Below, piece after piece: positions 49,792 to 59,400 of a stretch of DNA of 64,000 bases (the stretch's first letter is position 1; each line of letters begins with the position of its first letter). This stretch comes from Acidobacteriota bacterium (GTDB lineage Bacteria > Acidobacteriota > Thermoanaerobaculia > UBA5066 > Gp7-AA6). The DNA lies in the NCBI GenBank assembly GCA_039931865.1, contig JBDTRB010000004.1, positions 1,441-65,440 on the forward strand. The letters are read 5' to 3'. A program made the position numbers and the translations under genes. The notes beneath the pieces were generated by a model that searched no databases, was not told where the DNA came from, and saw nothing but the letters and a program-made list of their open reading frames with translations.

Positions 49792-51744
49792 ATGGCGCGC
49801 CCCGGGATTCTCGGCGGCGGGGTTTCTTCCCGCCTCTCACGCGGCGAAACCCGCCGCGGGGGCGGCCGCCCGCCGTCTGACGACGACAAGAAGAAAAAGA
49901 AGATCTCCGTGCGCGTCGTGCTCCGCGACGCCGGAGAGCTGGTGGCCGCGCGGCGGGGACGCCTCGCGCTCGGTCTCGGCCTGCTGATCGTGAACCGGCT
50001 GGCGGGGCTCGTCCTCCCCGGGATGCCCCGGTATCTGCTCGACGAGGTCGTCGGAAAGGGCCGGCGGGACGTGCTGCCGCTTCTCGTCGCCGCGTCCGCG
50101 GCGGCGGCGATCGTCCAGGGCGTGACTTCGTTCTCGATATCCCAGGTCCTCGGAAAGGCGGCGCAGAGGTCGATCACCGAAATGAGGCGCCGGATTCAGC
50201 GGCACGTCGGGCGTCTCTCCGTCAATTACTTCGACCAGACGAAAGTCGGGGCGCTCCTCTCGCGGGTGATGACCGATGCCGAAGGGATTCGGAACCTCGT
50301 CGGGACCGGGCTCGTCGAGGTGGTGGGCGGCCTCGTCACCGCTGTGCTCGCGCTCGTGATCCTCTTCCGGTTGAACGCGAAGCTGACCTTCATCGCGCTC
50401 GCCGTTCTGTCTCTCTTCGGCTTCGTGCTGCTCTTCGCGTTCAAGACGCTCCGTCCGCTCTTTCGGGAGAGGTCGAAGATCAACGCCGAAGTCTCCGGCC
50501 GGCTCACGGAGTCCTTTTCCGGCGTGCGCGTGGTGAAGGCGTACCGCGCCGAGCGGCGCGAGGCGCTCGTGTTCTCCAAGGGCGTTCATCGCCTGTTCCG
50601 CAACGTCGCGAAGACGATGACGGGCTTCTCGGCGGTCGCCGCGTTCTCGACGCTGCTGCTCGGGATCGTCGGCGTCGCGATCATGTGGATCGGCGCGAAC
50701 GACATCCTGGCGCATCGGATGACGATCGGCGCGTTCGTTTCCTACACGCTTTACCTGGGCCTCCTCGTCGGACCCGTCGTGCAGATCGTCTCGATCGGCA
50801 GCCAGATCACCGAGGCCTTCGCCGGCCTCGAGCGCATCCGGGAAGTGCGCAACGAGATCACCGAAGACGCCGAGGACGACCGGCGGCATGCGCTCTCCCG
50901 GATCGAAGGCCGGGTCGAGTTCGATCAGGTGACCTTCGAATACGAAAAAGGCGTCCCGGTGCTGAAGGGAATTTCCTTCGTCGCCGAGCCCGGCACTTCG
51001 ACGGCGCTCGTCGGGCCTTCGGGATCCGGGAAAAGCACGATGATCGGACTGGTCGCCGCGTTCTACCGCCCCACGGGCGGCCGGATCCTGATCGATGGAA
51101 ACGACCTCGAAGACGTGCGGCTGTCGGATTATCGTTCGCAGCTCGGGGTCGTGCTCCAGGACAACTTCCTCTTCGACGGGACCGTCCTCGAGAACATCGC
51201 GTACGCGCGACCGGACGCCAGCGACGACGAGGTGCTCCGCGCCGCGCGGATCGCCCGCTGCGACGACTTCGTCGAAAAGATGCCCGACAAGTACGAGACG
51301 ATCGTCGGGGAGCGCGGCATCAAGCTCTCGGGGGGCCAGCGCCAGCGCGTCGCGATCGCACGCGCGATCCTGGCCGACCCGCGCATCCTGATCCTGGACG
51401 AGGCGACGTCCTCGCTCGACAGCGAGAGCGAGGCGCTGATCCAGGAAGGCCTCTCGGAGCTCATGCGCGGCCGCACCACGTTCGTGATCGCGCACCGCCT
51501 TTCGACGATTCGGAAAGCCGACACGATCCTGGTCGTCGAGGCCGGCGAGATCGTCGAGCGCGGCCGCCACGAGGCTTTGCTCGCGCGCGGGGGACGGTAT
51601 GCCGACCTCTACAACCGCCAGTACGGCCTCGAGGCGAACCTCTTCCGCAATCCGGGAGAGACGGAGAAGGAGCCCGAGGAGCCCGCCCCGGCGGCAGCCG
51701 CCGCGGACGCGGGAGTCGCGCGGATGCCGCTCGTCGGCGGGTAG
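49792..51744 (+). CDS. ABC transporter, fused permease/ATPase (MsbA-like exporter)
   Basis: ORF 49753..51744 trimmed to ATG 49792. It has six TM helices, Walker A 'GPSGSGKST', the signature 'LSGGQRQRVAIARA' and Walker B 'ILILDEATS'. Confidence 0.92.
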   Translation: MARPGILGGGVSSRLSRGETRRGGGRPPSDDDKKKKKISVRVVLRDAGELVAARRGRLALGLGLLIVNRLAGLVLPGMPRYLLDEVVGKGRRDVLPLLVAASAAAAIVQGVTSFSISQVLGKAAQRSITEMRRRIQRHVGRLSVNYFDQTKVGALLSRVMTDAEGIRNLVGTGLVEVVGGLVTAVLALVILFRLNAKLTFIALAVLSLFGFVLLFAFKTLRPLFRERSKINAEVSGRLTESFSGVRVVKAYRAERREALVFSKGVHRLFRNVAKTMTGFSAVAAFSTLLLGIVGVAIMWIGANDILAHRMTIGAFVSYTLYLGLLVGPVVQIVSIGSQITEAFAGLERIREVRNEITEDAEDDRRHALSRIEGRVEFDQVTFEYEKGVPVLKGISFVAEPGTSTALVGPSGSGKSTMIGLVAAFYRPTGGRILIDGNDLEDVRLSDYRSQLGVVLQDNFLFDGTVLENIAYARPDASDDEVLRAARIARCDDFVEKMPDKYETIVGERGIKLSGGQRQRVAIARAILADPRILILDEATSSLDSESEALIQEGLSELMRGRTTFVIAHRLSTIRKADTILVVEAGEIVERGRHEALLARGGRYADLYNRQYGLEANLFRNPGETEKEPEEPAPAAAAADAGVARMPLVGG

Positions 51745-51868
51745 CGGGGGCGGGGGCCGGGAATCGGGAGCCGAGCGACCAACGGGAGCGAGACGGCCGC
51801 GGTACTCCGCAGGTCAACTCGAATCGGGAATCGGGAATCGGGAATCGGGAATCGGGAATCGAATGAGA
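51745..51868 (+). repeat. 3'-end repeat family, copy 5 (after the ABC exporter): G-tract block + core + hairpin + (GGGAATC)6
   Basis: The sequence reads cGGGGGcGGGGGccGGGaatcGGGAGCCGAGCGACCAACGGGAGCGAGACGGCCGCGGTACTCCGCAGGTCAACTC, followed by six GAATCGG units at 51821-51862. Confidence 0.75.
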
Positions 51869-51906
51869 CACCGGGTTTCCATGCCGCAAAGTGACATTCA
51901 CATCAC

Positions 51907-51936
51907 AAAAAAAACGGGCGGGATAGCCCCGCCCGT
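51907..51936 (-). terminator. Rho-independent terminator for the BI-1/YccA gene (bidirectional architecture)
   Basis: The plus strand reads AAAAAAAA-CGGGCGGG-atagc-CCCGCCCG-ttctcgttt. On the minus strand this gives the stem followed by a run of 8 U, 22 nt after the BI-1 stop. Confidence 0.75.
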
Positions 51937-51957
51937 TCTCGTTTGCAGGCCCGGCCG

Positions 51958-52677
51958 CTAGTTGCGGCGGCCGCCGCCCAGGAACCGGAGCATGAACAGA
52001 AACAGGTTGATGAAGTCGAGGTAAAGGGAGAGGGCGCCTACCACCGCATAGGAGCCGGTCTGCCCCTCCGGGGTGGCGACCGCCCACTGTTTCAGCCGCT
52101 GCGCGTCCCAGGCCGTCAGCGCAGTGAAGACGATCACGCCGACGACCGAGAGGATGAACTGCAGGCCGGCGCTGTGCAGGAACATCCCGACGAAGCTGGC
52201 CAGGACGAGGCCGATGAGACCCATGAACGCGAACTGGCCGACGCCGGCGAGGCTTCGGCGCGTCACGGTGCCGAACAGGGCAAGCGCGCCGAACATCCCG
52301 GCAGTCACGAAAAACGTCGTCGCGATCGACGTCCCGGTGTACATCAGCAGGATCATCGAGAGCGTCACACCGTTCAGCGCTGAATAGGCGAGAAAGAGGA
52401 TGGCTGCCGTCGACGGCGCCAGCTTCGCGACGCGCGCTGAGAGGAAGAACACGAGACCGAGCTCGCCAATCACCAGGCCAAAAAACAGCATCCGGTTGGA
52501 TGCGAGCAGCGCGGCGGCGCTCGAGTTCGCGACCGCGAACGCCACCGAGGCGGTGACCCCGAGCCCCACGAACATCCAACCGTAGACTTTCCGTAGAAAC
52601 GCGGTGACCCGTTCGGCCGTCGCGACGGTGGTCGTCGTGAACGCCGAGGAGGGGGTCATGTCGAATCCTTGCGCCAT
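51958..52677 (-). CDS. Bax inhibitor-1/YccA family membrane protein
   Basis: 239 aa with seven TM helices. 'FLRKVYGWMFVGLGVTA' and the C-terminal 'LYLDFINLFLFMLRFLG' are typical of the family. AAGGAG lies upstream of the ATG. Confidence 0.9.
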   Translation of the reverse strand: MAQGFDMTPSSAFTTTTVATAERVTAFLRKVYGWMFVGLGVTASVAFAVANSSAAALLASNRMLFFGLVIGELGLVFFLSARVAKLAPSTAAILFLAYSALNGVTLSMILLMYTGTSIATTFFVTAGMFGALALFGTVTRRSLAGVGQFAFMGLIGLVLASFVGMFLHSAGLQFILSVVGVIVFTALTAWDAQRLKQWAVATPEGQTGSYAVVGALSLYLDFINLFLFMLRFLGGGRRN

Positions 52678-52847
52678 GTCTTTCGCTCCTTGTGGGCGGA
52701 TCCGCCCGACGTCTCAACGTTTCCGCCGCGCCCGGGATTCCCGGGCCCGAGGTTGGCGGAGCCGGCAGGAGTCTACCGCCGGCCCCCCCGGAGCGGGTCA
52801 GCGGGTCAGCGGGATTATTCTCTGCACCCTGCGAATTGAGGATCCTG

Positions 52848-53471
52848 ATGCGTACGCGGCGTCTGATTTCGGCCCTTCTGATCGTGTCGGGACTCGGTCT
52901 CTGCGGGATGGCCGCGCGCCACTACGTGCGGGGCTGGCAGGCTCAGGCGGAGGGCCGCCGGCGGCTCGCCGGCTCCGGGCGCGAGAACCCCGGGATCGTC
53001 CGCGTCGGGGACCGGCTCGGGCTCGACTCCGAGGACATCCCCCACGCCGGCGCGATCCCTCCGAACTATCCCTACGGCGAGCCGATCGCGCGCCTCAGGA
53101 TCCCGACGGCGAAAATCGACGCGGTCGTCTTCGCCGGCGCCGATCAGGACACTCTGGAAAAGGGGCCCGGACACGTTCCGGGAACGGAGATGCCGGGCAG
53201 CGCGGGGCCTCTCCGCAACTGCGTCATCACCGGGCACCGGGATTCGCATTTCCGCCATCTCGGATGGTTGAAAAAGGGAACCGAGATCGAGCTCGACGCC
53301 CCCGCCGGCAATCGCCGCTATCGGGTGGTTTCGCGGGAGATCGTCCGGCCCGATGCCGTCCGGGTGCTCCAGGCGACCGCGAGCCCGCGCCTGACGCTCA
53401 TCACCTGCTACCCGTTCAACTACATCGGTCCGGCGCCGAGCCGCCTGGTCGTCGTCGCGGAGCCGATCTAA
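52848..53471 (+). CDS. Sortase family transpeptidase (membrane-anchored)
   Basis: ORF 52692..53471 trimmed to ATG 52848. It has the N-terminal TM 'LISALLIVSGLGLCGMA', the His context 'ITGHRDSHF' and the catalytic 'LTLITCYPF' (TLxTC). Confidence 0.85.
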   Translation: MRTRRLISALLIVSGLGLCGMAARHYVRGWQAQAEGRRRLAGSGRENPGIVRVGDRLGLDSEDIPHAGAIPPNYPYGEPIARLRIPTAKIDAVVFAGADQDTLEKGPGHVPGTEMPGSAGPLRNCVITGHRDSHFRHLGWLKKGTEIELDAPAGNRRYRVVSREIVRPDAVRVLQATASPRLTLITCYPFNYIGPAPSRLVVVAEPI

Positions 53472-53485
53472 GGGGAAATTCGCCG

Positions 53486-56400
53486 TCAGCCCATGACGAC
53501 GCGAATCCTGTGCTCCCTGCCGTCATCCACGAGCGGGATTTCGCGGCGGCCCTTCGGCAGCATCGCGCCGTCGATCTCGACGGAGAGGATCCCGCGAGTC
53601 GCCCCGTTCGGATTCTGGACCGAGAGCTCGTAACGCGCGGAGTGGTACCGGAAGGCGATCTCGAATCCCTCCCACGACCGCGGAATGCACGGGTCGAGAT
53701 GGAGCGAAGCGCCCCGCAGCCGGAATCCCAGGATCCATTCCACTCCGGCGCGGTACATCCAGCCGGCGGAGCCCGTGTACCAGGTCCAGCCTCCCCGGCC
53801 GATGTGGGGCACCTCGTTGTAGACGTCGGCCGCCGCGACGTACGGCTCGACCTTGTAGCGGTGGAGACCGGCGCGCGTCGACGCATGGTTGATCGGGTTC
53901 AGGATCGAGAAGAGCTCAGTCGCTTTGTCGCCTTCGCCGAGCGCGGCGAACGCGATGACGCACCACAGCGCCGCGTGCGTGTACTGTCCCCCGTTCTCCC
54001 GGACACCCGGGAGATATCCCTTGATGTAGCCGGGATCGGCCGCAGTCTTGTCGAACGGCGGGGTGAAGAGAAGAACGAGCCCGTCGCCTCGGCGCACGAG
54101 GTATTCCTCGACGGCGGCCATCGCCCGCCGCACGCGGTCCGGATCGCCGGCGCCCGAGATCGCGGCCCAGGACTGTGCGATCGAGTCGATCCGGCATTCG
54201 TCGTTCGCGGCAGAGCCGACCGGAGTTCCGTCGTCGAAGTAGGCCCGCCGGTACCAGTTGCCGTCCCATCCGGCGCTCTCGAGAGCCTTCTTCAACCCCG
54301 CGACGCTCGAGCGCCAGCGTTCCGCCCGTTCGGTCTCGCCCCGCTGTTCGGCGATCGAGATGAACTCCCAGAGCGCGGTGTGAAGGAACCATCCCAGCCA
54401 GACGCTCTCTCCCTTGCCGTGCTCGCCGATCCGGTTCATCCCGTCGTTCCAGTCGCCCGTTCCCATGAGCGGGAGGCCGTGCTCGCCCACCGCGAGGCTC
54501 ACGTCGAGGGCTCGCGCACAGTGCTCGTAGAGCGACCCGTCCTCCGGGGAGATCTCCGGCTGAAAGAACCGCTCGAGCTCTTCCGGCGCGAGGGGCGCGC
54601 CCTTTAAGAACGGAAGGCGCTCGTCCAGGATCGCCCGGTCCTCCGTCACGTCCAGGTAGTGGACCACGCAGTACGGAAGCCAGATCCGGTCGTCGGACAT
54701 GCGGGTGCGAACGCCCTTGCCGGACGGGACGTGCCACCAGTGCAGGACGTCGCCCTCCGGAAACTGCTTCGCGGCTGCGCGGAGGATCTGCTCGCGCGTG
54801 AGATCGCGCCGCGAAACCGTGAGCGCGAGGACGTCCTGGAGCTGGTCGCGGAAGCCGAACGCGCCGCCCGCCTGGTAAAACGCGGAACGGCCCCAGACGC
54901 GGCACGCGAGCGTCTGGTAGAGCAGCCAGCGGTTCAACATGAGGTCCATCGACCGGTCCGGGGTCGAGACCCTCAAGGCGCCGAGGACGTCGTCCCACTG
55001 GCGCTGCACGGCGGCGAACGCCGTGTCGATGCGATCGGACCGGAAACGCTGAACGAGCGATCTCGCGGCCGCAGGATCCGCGGCGTGGCCGAGGAGGAAG
55101 ACGACCGTGCGCTTCTCTCCCGGGGCAAGCCGTAGTTTCGTCTGAAGCGCCGCGCACGGGTCGAAGCCCGCCCCGACGCGCCCGGAGAGTCGCGCGCCGC
55201 GGGCGAGCCCGGCGGCGGTCTCGAGGCGGCCGTTCCGGCCCAGGAATTCCGTCCGGTCCGTCGTCCAGCCGGACACGGAGTCGCCGAGGTCCGCGAAAGC
55301 AACTCCCTGGAAATCCTCGTTCCACGCGTTGCGTGCCATCAGGGCGCCGGTCTCGGCGTCCCGCTCGGTGACGATGAAAGGCGCCATGGCGCTGCGGGAA
55401 TTGCCGAGAGTCCATTCCACGTACGCGTTCACGGAGAGCGACCGCGGCTCCCCGGACCGGTTCTCGAGCGTCAGTCGTGAAATCTTGACGCTTTCATCGA
55501 CGGGCACGAACTGAAGGAGCTCGAGCCGCAGTCCCGAGACTTCGTGTTCGAAGCGGCTGTATCCCTGTCCGTGCCGCGCGACGTAGGGAGCGTCGTCCCG
55601 AACGGGAAGCGCGGTCGCGCCGAAGACTTCTCCCGTCTCCTCGTCGCGCACCAGGATCGCCTCTCCGGGCGGGTCGCTGACGGGGTCATTCGACCATGGC
55701 GTGAGCTGATTCTCGCGGCTGTTTCCGGCCCAGGTGTAGCCGCTTCCCGAGTCGGAGACGAGGAAACCGAAATTCGGGTTCGCGATCACGTTGATCCACG
55801 GCGCCGGCGTCCACTGCCGCTCCCCGAGAATCGTGACGTATTCGCGGCCGTCCTGGTCGAAGCCGCCCAGTCCATTGAAGAACTCCAGCCCCTGTTGCGA
55901 GGGAGGTGTCTCGGCCGCGACCCTTCTCATCGGGATGGCGCGCGGCGGCGGCGGCGGCGGAGTCGCGCGGAGGAGGCGCACGATCTGCTCGGAGAGACTT
56001 CCATGGCGGGACAGAAGGACGACGCGCGCGGCCGTCAGCAGGACGTCGCGGTCTTCGTCCGTCAGCCGGTCGCCCCGAAGGACGAAAATCCCTCCCTGAT
56101 CTCCGGCCTCTCCAGAGACGCGCTGGCGGGTCCGAACGACCGCCTCGAGCGCTCCCTGCAGATCCTCTCCGTAGGACGTCGCCTGTTCATTGATGACGAC
56201 GAGATCCACCACGAGACGCTTCAGCCGGAAATACTCGTGGGCGCGCAGGAGCTGGCGGACGATGTCCTGATCGTCTTCGCTGTCGATCCGGAGCAGGACG
56301 AGGGGATGATCCCCTGATATGCCGTGCCTCCAGAGGCCCGACTTACCCTTCCGGTTCCGCGCGAGCACTTCGCCGGGCGCGCGCAGGCTCGGGTCGAAGT

Positions 56401-59400
56401 AAATCAGCCGCGTCGCCAGTCTCTGGAACAGGTGCGCTTCGTCGGGTGTGATCGCCAGGTGGCGCAACTGAATCTGCGCCTGCGTCCAGGCGAGCATCGT
56501 CGTCCGATCGAAGGCGGCCCCCTCCCGGTACTTGTCGACGAGCCCGATCGCTTCCTGGCGGCTGTCGGCCGCGAGCGTGACGTACTGGATCCGCGCCGTC
56601 TCGCCGGGCCGAATGAGGACGCGGCGCCGGAGGGAGAACACCGGATCGAGGACGGGACCGGTGGTGTTCGAGAGCAGCCGGCCGGCTTCGAGCGATGCAG
56701 GGTTGCGAATCGTACGCCCGCGGCCGAGGAAGCGCGCCCGGTCCGTCTCGTACTCGAGCGTGCCCACCGTTTCTCCCTCGACACGCGCCGCGTGCGCCGC
56801 CCAGATCGGGGGCTCGGAGGCCTCGCGCGGCCGCCGGTGCGCGAGCAGGGCCTCGGGACCCGGCAGAAACTCGGTCTGGACGAACAGCTTCGAGAACGCC
56901 GGGTGCGAGGAGTCCCCCGCGGGGGAAGCCAGCGCCAGCTCGAGATAGGAGGTGACCTCGATCTCTCGGGGGCGCGGCCCGTAGTTGGTGAGCGACAGCT
57001 GGCGCACCTCGACGTCGGCTTCCGGAGACACCACGATGAGGAGGGCGGTTGCGATTGGGCCGTCCCGGCGCTGGATCTCGACCCGGTCTTCGTAGAAAAC
57101 GGTCTCGTAGGAGTCGGCTTCCACGCCGGACGGCTGATATCCGGCCGACCAGACCCGAAGGCTCTGCGTGTCGCGCAGAAAGAAATACGTTCCCCAGTCA
57201 TCGCGCGTGACGTCTTCGCGCCAGCGGGAGATGTCCCGGTCCTTCCAGCGGCTGTACCCGGAGCCGGCAGCCGTCGTCATGACGCTGTACCGACCATTCG
57301 AGAGGATGTGGCCCCGCGGAACCGGATCGTGAGGAGAGCGGAACCGCCGGAGCACCGGCGGGACGAAATCGCGGACGTGGAGAGGCGAATGCACCTCCTC
57401 CGCGCGCGGGCGGGCGACCGCGACCGCGCGCGGCGTGCGCTCCTGGAGAAGCATCTCCGTGGCCTGGACCGCCGGTTCGGAATGGAACCGCTGGCGCATG
57501 ACGCCGCCTAAAAGAACATTGGCGAGCGCCACGATGGTCATCCCCTGGTGGTGCGCCATGAAAGCGCGCACGATCGCGAGCCGTTCCCCGGCCGGCAGCC
57601 GCGAGGGCGTGGCATCGATCGACTCGTAGAAGCCGTACCGGCCGCGCGCGCCGATCTCCGCGAAACGCCGGAAGTTCTTCGCCGCCGCGGACGGATCGAC
57701 CATGGCGGCCAGGCCGGTCGCATACGGCGCGACGACGAGGTCTTCCGACAACCCGCGCTTCAAGCCGAGTCCGCTGACGCCGAAGTTCGAGTACTGGTAG
57801 GTGAAATCCAGATCCCGCGCGTTGTAGGCGGCTTCCGAGACCCCCCACGGGACGCCCCGTTCCTCCCCGAACCGGATCTGACGCGCGACGACCAGGCGGC
57901 TCGTCTGGTCCAGCAGACTGCCGGCGGGAACGTCCAGCACCAGGTCCGGCATCAGGTACTCGAACATCGAACCGGACCAGGAGATGAGCGCCGATCCCTT
58001 CCCGACGGGAGTCAGCGATCGACCAAGGCGATACCAGTGCGAGGCGGGGACGTCGCCGCGCGCGATCGCGAGGAAGCTCGCGAGACGCGCTTCGGACGCA
58101 AGGAGGTCGTAGTAGCCGGGGTCGAGGCGTCCGTCTCCGGCCCGGTACCCGATCGAGAAGAGCTTGCGCTCGGGGTCGAAGAGAAATCCGAAATCCATCT
58201 CGTCGAAGAACCGGGATGCCTCCCGGGCGGTGTCGAGAAAGCTCTGCGCCAGAGTGCGCGCGGCGTCGGCACATCTCTCGAGCGATGCGATCCGGGAAAC
58301 GAGTCCCGGAGAACGGTCGGCCAGCTCTCGAAGCGCGAGGGCGGCCGTCTCGTACCGGTCGCCGGCGGCGGCGAGAGAAATCTCCTCGCCCTCGAGCCCG
58401 GCCAGGATCGCCCGGGCGGGCTCGGCGAGGTCGCCCGTCGAAGTCTCCGCCCAGCCGTACAGCGCGGTCGCGTCTCTCCGGCCGCTCGCGATCGTTGCCC
58501 GCGCAGACCGGGCCCAGTCGATCGCCTCGTTCGTGACGGGCCCGGGCTCCTCGAGCGCCAGGGCTTGCGCCGTGTCGACGAGAGTGTCGGCGTGCCGGGA
58601 GAGCGTCTCCCACCGGGTGAGCCACTCGGACGCCGACGCCGGAGCCGGTGCCGGGGCAAGAAGCGCGGAGAGCTCCGCGACGGGCGACTCGAGCTGGCGG
58701 CGCGTGACGGCGCCCTCCCGCCGTGACGTCAACCCCTCCATGCTCTCGCGTAGAAGGGCGATCGAATCGGAGACCCCGAGGAGGCCTTCCGCGGGCCACA
58801 GCGGACGCTCCCGGCGGGAGAGGCAAGCGTGCCTCAGGGCGATCAGGAACCCGGCGAGGTTCCCGCTGTCCACCGTCGAAACGTACCGGGGCTCGAGAGG
58901 AGCGAGCGTCGCGACGTCGTACCAGTTGAAGAAGTGGCCGCGGTGGCGTTCCAGCTTTTCGAGTGTCGAGACCGCCTTCTGAAGCCTCTCGTCCATGTCG
59001 AGACTACCGAGCCATTCGAAGTCCGCAGCGGCCGCGGTCGAGAGCAGACCGAGTCCGATGTTCGTCGGCGAAGTCCTCCGCGCGACGATCGGAGCCGGCG
59101 TCTCCTGGAAGTTGTCCGCGGGGAGGAAGTTTTCTTCGGGACCGGCGAAGTCTTCGAAGTAGCGCCACGTCCGCCGCGCGACGAGACGAAGCGCCGCCTC
59201 GTCTTCCGCGGACAGTGGCGCTTCCTCGATCACGCGCGGAGGAAGCGAGACAGAACGCGCGATGAAGGGAGACAGCGCCCAGAGCAGACCGAACCCGAGC
59301 GCCCAGGGCACAGCGGACGGAGGCATCCACGGAACCAGCAGCGAGGCGCAGGCGATCGCGACGGCGCCCGCCATTCGCCGGTAGAAACCCGACACTTTCA

